From: the human T2T-CHM13v2.0 reference genome, Homo sapiens
NCBI RefSeq assembly: GCF_009914755.1
Contig: NC_060925.1
DNA length: 64,000 bases
Direction: 5' to 3' (one strand)
How positions within the stretch are numbered: position 1 is the stretch's first letter; every line of letters starts with the position of its first letter. Below the pieces are notes generated by a model, which made no database searches, had not been told where the DNA came from, and saw only the letters and a list, made by a program, of their open reading frames with translations. Of the stretch, positions 55,385 to 64,000 are shown piece by piece. The translations under genes were made by a program, and so were the position numbers.

Positions 55385-57181
55385 GTAAAGTAGGTTGGTG
55401 GAAGATAGAGAACTTTAATGTACCTGAATTCTGGAAAGTAACTATAGAGTGATAGCACTCACTCTTTCTGCTAATTGAAAGCAACTGTTTACCCTAGAAA
55501 TCTGAGAGTAAATGGTCATCATTTCTGAGTAAAATATGAGATCGACAACCATGAAACTCTAGAAAACCATGACATTATTAATATATGTTTTTAATAATTA
55601 TCTGAATTAATGGAGTATATTTCTCTAAATTTATATATACAGAGTGCATATCTGAAAACTTGACTAGAAACTAATATATTGGTATATACAGCCTTATGCA
55701 TGTCTAATAGGATAAGATGAAACCTCATATAGTAATTTCTAATAAAAGTATAGATTTAGCTAAGAAAATACTAGGTTTATCATGTTTTAAGTAACTACCC
55801 ATGAAACAAATTTTTTTACTATACAAGTCATAGAGTTTCATATAATTATTAGTGCTAACAGTCATTGTTTTCTTTCTTTACAGATGTGAATTAAGAATAC
55901 AGAAAGCAATTATTTTTAATCGTTTGCTAAGAATTTTATTATATACCGTATTAATAAGTAAATATACACCATGCCAATCATTTTCTTCCTTCTGGAATTT
56001 AACAAAAAGGAATAGATTTGGTAGTAAAAAATAGTCTAAAAGACGTTGGCTAGGCTTATTACAATAATTATTTATTGATGTTTTTGTTTGCTACAGGCAC
56101 TTTATAAATATGTGTGGTGGTATGTTAGAATAACTTCAAAAGACAGTCATTTTTCTATGATAATGATCTACTTATTTTCCTCTATTTTCCTATCAATAAA
56201 AATGCTATATCAGTAAAATTTGAAGGGGAATAAAACCTATTAACAAAGACCACTTTGCTGAGGAAACATATGTGGTAATGTGTCCTCCAGTGCTTAAAAT
56301 ATTTGTAAAACAATAAACTGTTCCTTATTCTCGAGGACCTTTTCTTCACTTTTAGAAATGCTAGCTAGATTTTTAAGTTGCAGCTATGCCAAAGATAAAC
56401 CCTTTTCATGTGAATCGTAGCCCAACATTATTGAGCAAGTAAAGGCCTTGGTGGCATCTATCCCTGTTTGAGTAGGGTAGAAGAGTCTGTTGATTGTTGA
56501 GAAGGCAAAGACCCAAAGGCAGCTATGCCAAACTGACTGACAGTTGAAGGGGACCCCTAAGACCCCATGAGAATAAGAATTCCCTAAATAAAAAAATGAT
56601 TGAAATGGATAAAGCAAGTATTAAAGAGTTCGTCTTTGTTGAATAACTGCATCTCAGTGGAATGCAGATTCAGTTTTCCTGTGAAATGGGCCTGGTTTAT
56701 TCAGGATCAAAGTCTTTTTAACGGGCTTTGCTGTGTAAACACACTTTCTCCTTTTTAATCTGTGTTTGGTCCTGGGAACCAGGAATACATCTAGACATAT
56801 CTCATAGAGGAAGTTTACCTGATTTTGCTGTTAAATTAACAATAAAAATTGTCTTACTGATGGAAACTCAGTTGGCAGTGGGTCAGGGTTCCCAAGATTG
56901 ACTGGGATAGTGGATGGCAGTATCATCTGTGTGCCCTGCAGTACTCTGGATTCCTGAATGAGCACCTTCTTATATGTTGGCATGCATTTCTTTTCTCACA
57001 TGATCCCTTTTCTTTGAAAGTTTATCATACTAGTTGATCCTCTGATCTTGAAGTTCTTTTGGTTAGAAGGAATTTGGTTCTGCCTCCACCCTCCCCCACC
57101 TTGATCTACTAGCCTCCCAAAGATTTAGTTTGCTTCGCATGCCTATTTTAGTTGGAATGGCATTAGTTTGGTAGTTTTGAG

Positions 57182-57433
57182 CATGTCTTTTAATTTTTAC
57201 TTGCATAATCCTGATTTCGATTTCCTTTCTTTCCTCGATGTCTGCCGCACCTTGTTTCGCCTCCTCCATTCATCTCGACGCCATGGTTCTGCTGCTCCAT
57301 AACAATGCATTATGAACCTGCCACTCCCATATGCAAACACTTACCCTTCCCTCCAACCTACACCCCTCCATCAATGGCCATCGTTGTGCCAAAAACAATC
57401 TGTGGTGGATGTCGCAATGCTTATTATCCAATT
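57182..57433 (+). promoter_or_regulatory. Long AG-exclusion zone with candidate distant branch point and polypyrimidine tract
   Basis: No AG dinucleotide between 57181 and 57434; TTTTAAT (A 57193) and CCTGAT (A 57214) are followed by a pyrimidine-rich tract. Confidence 0.65.
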
Positions 57434-57435
57434 AG

Positions 57436-57635
57436 GGTGAAAATTCCTTCCTACAGGCGACCGTGGCAAAATTGGGGCCTCTCCCTCGTGTTCTTGCTGA
57501 TATTACCAAGTCATTGACTAATCCTACGCCAATACAACAGCAACTGAGACGCTTCACTGAACATAACTCCAGTCCAAATGTCAGTGGAAGCCTCTCCTCT
57601 GGGCTGCAGAAAATATTTGAAGACCCCACTGACAG
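57436..57635 (+). CDS. RASAL2: RASAL2 coding exon with two in-frame acceptors (200 nt from 57436 including GENSFLQ; 179 nt from 57457), [20 protein letters not shown]...IFEDPTD
   Basis: Acceptors attag| (57435) and ttccttcctacag| (57456) are 21 nt apart; donor AG|gtatga; LGPLPR family motif; phase 0 to 2. Confidence 0.92.
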
Positions 57636-58418
57636 GTATGAAAGAGAGAATTTGACCACTATCTCGGAGAAACATAATGTTTAGATTTAGCAGAAGTATA
57701 TTCAACCTATTTGTTGAATTTACAAGTTTAAAATCATGAGCAACTGAAGACTCATCTGACCTGAGAGCAGTCCAATTATTTGTCATAATAATGCACAAGA
57801 TCTGGGATGACTTATTTTCTAGAATGGTAGTATAGAGAGTTACAATATATTCCACAAGCATATTTTTAAAATTTCTGTCTTGCTTAGTGGAAGACTAAAG
57901 GCTTTATGAAATTCATGTTTCTGTACGTTATAGCATTCAAAATCTTGGAGAACCTCGGTTAAAACCATTTTATAGCTGGCTATGTCAACTGGACAGGTAG
58001 ATACAATGTCGATGCTTAGACTGTTTTAGGGATTGGCAAGACTTGTGCCTTTTGCAGGGACCTTTCAGTTGTGTGCTTAGAACTTCTTCTCTTGAAGGTT
58101 TAGACAAGTAAGTATGAATTGGAATATTTGGGGAAGGTTTAAAACCTAACTAGGAAATTATTGGAATCCTGGTTAAAACTGAAGACAGTGATGGGTTGGT
58201 ATCTACAGTGTTATTCTGTACCTTTGGGGAAAAAGTAAAAATGCTGGATTTTATTCTAAGCATTGTAATAATTCCCTAATTAGATAAAATCTGAGTTTCC
58301 AAAGAAATGTACGTATCCACATAAGAACCTTCGGAGGAGTTCATATGCCTGAATTGAGGCATCTTAGCCATGTTGAAGTTGTCTCAAGAGAAATTAAGTG
58401 TCCTTTCCTTTTCCACAG

Positions 58419-59280
58419 TGATTTGCATAAACTAAAATCTCCAAGCCAGGACAACACAGACAGCTACTTCAGAGGGAAAACATTATTGCTGGTTCAGCAA
58501 GCCTCCTCTCAGAGCATGACTTATTCTGAAAAGGATGAAAGGGAAAGTAGCCTTCCTAATGGTCGGAGCGTCTCCCTCATGGACCTCCAGGACACTCATG
58601 CTGCTCAAGTGGAGCATGCATCTGTCATGCTTGATGTGCCTATACGCTTGACCGGAAGCCAGCTTTCCATAACCCAGGTGGCCAGCATCAAACAGCTGCG
58701 GGAAACCCAGAGCACTCCCCAAAGTGCACCCCAAGTGAGAAGGCCCCTGCACCCAGCCTTGAACCAGCCAGGTGGCCTTCAGCCCTTGTCGTTCCAGAAC
58801 CCTGTCTATCACCTCAATAACCCAATTCCAGCAATGCCAAAGGCCTCTATAGATTCCAGTTTGGAGAACCTAAGCACTGCCAGTTCCAGAAGCCAAAGTA
58901 ACAGTGAAGACTTCAAGCTCAGTGGACCCAGCAATAGCAGCATGGAAGATTTCACTAAACGTAGCACTCAGAGTGAGGACTTCTCCAGGCGGCACACGGT
59001 GCCAGATAGACACATACCTCTTGCTTTGCCACGACAAAATAGTACTGGGCAGGCCCAGATCCGAAAAGTGGACCAGGGTGGGTTAGGTGCCCGAGCCAAA
59101 GCCCCACCATCCCTGCCACACAGTGCTTCTTTACGTAGCACCGGGAGCATGTCAGTGGTGTCCGCAGCCCTGGTGGCCGAACCTGTGCAGAATGGGAGCC
59201 GGTCCCGGCAGCAGTCCTCTTCCTCCAGAGAGAGCCCTGTTCCCAAAGTTAGAGCAATCCAGAGACAACAGACACAGCAG
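58419..59280 (+). CDS. RASAL2: RASAL2 coding exon (862 nt), DLHKLKSPSQD...KVRAIQRQQTQQ, Ser/Pro/Gln-rich C-terminal region
   Basis: tcctttccttttccacag acceptor, CAG|gtaggt donor; inside ORF 58345..59349; family motifs SVSLMDLQD and PLSFQNPVYHL. Confidence 0.96.
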
Positions 59281-61541
59281 GTAGGTGTGAGTGCTGAAGG
59301 GGCCTGGCTTCTACTTGGTCCATCTGTTTCCTTGGTTCTTTATACATAAATCATTGGGAAATCCTATTGTTAACAAGATTTCCTCTTAAAAGCAACCTTT
59401 AAATGGAAAGAGGAAAGGAAAAATTTGGGAGGCTTCTGCCCAGGTGTGACTACAGAATGTAGTTTGACTCATTACCCTTAAGAGTCTAACAAACACGCAG
59501 AGGCCCCCTTCCTTCTCTTCAAGCAGCAGAGCTGCTACCTCAGTTTGCACTTAGAGCAAATCTATGATGTTGAATGAATAATTAGATACTTAAAATCTGT
59601 AGGCAAAACCAGCTATTATTTTGGAAATCTGAAAATTAATCCTTCTTAATTTTTTTTCTTAAGCTTCCAGAATAAAGGTTTGCATTCCGAGCCAAGAGTT
59701 TAATATGACTGCTCTCCATTCCATCCCTCAACTCCTTCTGGAAATACAAAGTCCCATGTGGCTTTTCCTGGAAATAGCTAGAAAAATAAACACTTGAACA
59801 CCTGTAGAGTCAAGGTAAAGGAGAGAGTAAAAAGATAGAAGCACAGGTGGAAAAGGAAGTATTCTAAACATCTGCAAATCCCTTACATTTCTATTTACAT
59901 GGACAAGCCCAGCTAACATCACATCCAATCTTAATATAAGTTTTTCTAATTTTTTTATTGACAAATAAAAAGCTTTGCCAAGAAACTAATCATTTCTTCC
60001 TTAAATATTACATTTTGAAGCATCAATACATATTTTTCCCTTTGAAACAAACTACTGTTAAATATATAATATACACATTCATATAATTTTTCATGTATAT
60101 AATATATATCTTTATATATCTTTCATCTAAAAAGATTTTTCTCCTAAAAAAGCATTGTATTAGTTGAATTTTTTTTGAAACCTAATGATAGTACTAAAAA
60201 ACTTGAGATTAAAAGAGTTCTATGACAAATCCTTTTATGCAGCAAAATAACTGGGCAGGGAGACTGCAATAAAATCCTAGTTTGTATCTGTTATATATTT
60301 GCATTTTTACAGTTTAGGCACTTACCTATATGGCTGCCTCTGCCTCCAGTCTGCTATGATCAGAGCCCCTTGCACCTACTTTGATTTTTTAATTGGATTA
60401 TTTATAGAATCCTTGGATACAGAAATAGAAGAAGGGATGAAAAGCATGACTAACTTAAGCTGTTTCTGGAAGCAGACTTCCTGGGCTAAACCTCCTAGTT
60501 GGTCATTTTTTACTGAGTAATAAAGTTTTTCTACAGTCTTAAATTTTTCATTTTTATTTTGTTATATTTCCCAAAATTTTACCAAATCATTTGATTTAGT
60601 AAGCATTTTTATTTGAAGAAAAGGAAAAATAGATATCTTTTATATGTATCATATGTATTTTTTATATATAAATGTGTATGTGTATATAAGCATAAAATGT
60701 ATGTGTTAGAAGGCTATCAGTCATTCCTACCTTATTGTGAAGTAGTTTCCTCACATCACTTTTGTGCTAGATTCTAGTTGCGATCAACTACTTTCAGAGA
60801 ATTAAGATGTTTATTGGGAGGAGAAAGGAAAAAATACATAATTTTAGAAATCAGAATACTGTGTAGAAGCAAATATCTACTCAGGGACTTAGGGCAGCAC
60901 AAGGGCACTGAAGATAAAATAGGATTAGCGAAGAGCATGAGATCTGGCAGAGAGGGACAGGACAGGGAAAGTGTCCTCCACCTGCTTTTCAAAAGTGTAC
61001 TTAGGCCCAGCCCTGTACAGAAAAGGAAAATAAAGATTCTTTTTTTTTTCTTTTGCTTACCCTTTCCTTCTGTATCATGGAGGGCCTATGACTCAGGCTG
61101 GTTGTTTATTAATATTATAAATTAAATAGCCTTTTTTGTGCTCATCTGGAACCAGTTGTCATTTATAACATTTTTTCTTTAGGAAAATACAATACCTATC
61201 GCATAAGCACATAATACATGTTTCTGTGGGTTATGATTAGAGGGCTGCCTGGATGGATGGGAGGTAGGAAATGCATACAGTCTCCAAACAACCAATATAA
61301 AAATTAGTTTTTGTGTCACAGCCATTAATGAGTCACCAAATATATTTTTTGGCATGAAGTGGGGTACAGGCACAGTGAGATGTCCAGGTACAGCTTTGAA
61401 TATTAATCTTTGTTTATACTTTTGCTGGTACTGCCACTGTCCTATCAGTTGAAGCATAAATCACCGTATTTTGATTGCTCAAGTTTCTTTTTTTTTTCCT
61501 ACACTGGCTTTTGGTTCATTGTTTTGAACTTACATTGTTAG

Positions 61542-61848
<307 letters not shown>

Positions 61849-64000
61849 CTAGTTTTTTATTTCTTATCTGTTTCTTGCTTGCTTTGTTCATCTCACTCCC
61901 ATGAAGCCTCTGAAGTTCTATATAATCAGCACATTTTTAAGGCAAATTCCTTTACATATTTTAATTGCAAATTGTGTTGGGGAATTCTCTCCCAGAAACT
62001 AGAGGATTTCTTTGTGGGGATTGTTCTGTAGGCGGCTGTAATTATCAGTAGCTTTGTCCCATGCAAATTCCATTTATATCTTAGCACAAAGTAGTGGCCA
62101 TTGTCTGCAGAGTAACTGGCTTCAGTCTTCTACGTCTAATGAGTAGGAAGGAAATAAAATCCTGGTGAAAAAATTCACAGATAAATTTTTTTTCAAGAAA
62201 CTCTCTTAATTTTTTAACCCATTTCAGCCTCTGTTTGTATTGCTTTTTTCTTATTTTCCTCTCTATTTTGTTTTTCATGTATCATCTACTTCGTACAAAC
62301 AGTAGACTTTATATATATGAGTTGTTCAGATTTATCATGTACTCTAATCTTAGAAATTTGAATTTGAAGAGACCTTTTAAAATAGATAATTGACAAGCCT
62401 GTTAATATGATGCTGCAGTTTTCACATTTAGATTTGTTGAACTGTCTCTTAACCAACCTCTTCAAGAACTCCCAAAGTTTGTGGATTAATTTATTCGGCC
62501 CTTTCTTTGGTGTTGATAGCAGAAGGGTTATTCATTTATGGGAATCCGACTATTTCACACTATGAAGCTGAAACCAATTGGTCTTGTTTATGTCTAGTAA
62601 ATACTAGCAAGGAACGAGGAACTGGCCTCAGCATAGCCAGGCTATGATTAATTGTAGTATCAGTGAAACTGCTGCATCAGGCTCTTTTGCCCTAAAGCGT
62701 TACTGTTTTTCCAGGGAAACCCTATACAGCTTTATCTCAAAGGGAAGATATTCCTAATGGGAATTCCTGCTCCTTTTTCTTTTTGTCTTTTTCATTATCT
62801 TTGATGATCATGTTGAAAGTCAGTGGATATAAATTCTCTTTCTAAGGCCATTCCTAAGCAAGATGGAATCTGAACCACTTACTAACCTCCTCCCTCAATT
62901 TTTTGGACTATAAACTAGAGATATTTTTTGCTATTTATCCAGCTTATAAGGAGATGGAACAATCATTGAAAAGAAGCCTTTGGTGCCCTTCCAAAGGATT
63001 AGGGGAAAAACATAGAATATTCTCTAAGTAATAAATTATATTTTAGTAATGAATTCTAAAGATAATCCAGAATAATAAATGAATAATATTTTATTGAGCA
63101 TCTGTTGTGTATTTAACTAGTCAGTATCATTTAAAAGAACTGTATGATATGATGCCCATTAGATTGACTAATTGGAAAATAAGAGCAACGCTTATAAGAC
63201 CAAGAATATATAAAAGATAGTATATAGTTTTTTCATTTGAAGAACATACTACAACAAAAAAATTCATGAAACAAAAATCACCTCTGTTTCCTTTCAATCT
63301 AGCACAATAACTATTTTTTATTTATTCTATATTTCTAGCCTTTTTACAATTTTGTGAAGGCTTTATCATTAATAGAAGGAATAGTTAGGATTGATCTATT
63401 TTGTCACTTTTATTTTTATTATTTTGACCACCTACTGTATGCCAAGCAAAGTGCTAGGATATATTAGGAAGTGGCTGAAAATAAGATTTGACCAACAAAA
63501 TAGTAGAAATTTCTAGAAGTTCATTCACAATTGCTTAGTGTGTACGGGTCTATTTATATAAACTATGCACATCCATCCTCAGGCATGAAGCTATTTTTAT
63601 TGATATATAACTATAATCTGTAAATCGACTAAACCAGATCTTTCTTCACACCTTTAAGAAATGTCCCTATGTTACTTTTGCATGTGTAAGTTTTAAAGTC
63701 TCTCCCAACCCATCTCTGATAGCCTTTTAGTCTCTGCAATCAGTTTTTTAATCTGGTCTTCCTCACTCTCCAGTTCATCAAAATACCCCTTCTTTTAAAA
63801 TATTTATTTAGAGTTTAACTGAGTTCTATTTCAGAATGGTATAAAGATCCTTAAGATGTAATGGCTGTGATAGGGGAGAAAATGCCCTTCAATTATGAAA
63901 TTATGGAATTCTGGTCCTTAAAATACAAATCCCTCTATTTAATTATAAAAGGCTAACTCACATGCCAAGTTTTGTACTCTCTCTTTAGCTTACTCTCTCT

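Noticed and set aside
56380-56532. 14-bp direct repeat gcagctatgccaaa about 140 bp apart
   Set aside because: Could be a TSD, but the enclosed sequence has no poly(A) tail or recognisable element.
57305-57517. 70-aa ORF in the AG-free zone as an alternative N-terminus
   Set aside because: Out of frame with the RASAL2 exon; the lack of AG removes TAG stops and inflates ORF length.
58345-59349. 334-aa ORF as a stand-alone gene
   Set aside because: It is the 862-nt RASAL2 exon plus intronic read-through on both sides; strong splice sites lie at 58418 and 59281.
59465-61335. Isolated AP-1 heptamers (59465, 61089, 61329)
   Set aside because: Several are expected by chance in 64 kb and they are not tightly clustered.

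Overview
Human (primate) genomic DNA, AT-rich and repeat-dense, lying entirely inside the + strand gene RASAL2 (nGAP, SynGAP/DAB2IP-family Ras GTPase-activating protein). Ten internal coding exons with canonical AG/GT ends and consistent phases join into one open frame of 2709 nt (903 codons; 2688 nt with the downstream acceptor of the ninth exon). They encode part of the PH domain, the C2 domain, the RasGAP domain (FRENT arginine finger, FLR motif) and the Ser/Pro-rich C-terminal region. Start and stop codons are outside the window. The introns hold many Alu, L1, L2, MIR, MaLR-LTR and DNA-transposon remnants and an RPS14 processed pseudogene. Most ORFs in the supplied track are repeat-derived noise. 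No prokaryote-type system (CRISPR, operon) is present. Best leads: (1) a 252-nt AG-free, CpG-retaining intronic zone in front of two in-frame competing acceptors (+/-GENSFLQ), suggesting a distant branch point; (2) an L1PB fragment and the RPS14 retrocopy enclosed by one shared 17-bp target-site duplication; (3) cryptic NMD-inducing splice sites in the intron paralogous to the SYNGAP1 NMD-switch intron; (4) a ~89% identical local intronic duplication whose copies differ in a microsatellite and a cryptic acceptor; (5) an in-place inversion inside a MaLR LTR; (6) a paired AP-1 palindrome next to a 12-bp inverted repeat. Repeat subfamily names and paralog comparisons are from memory and were not checked by search.
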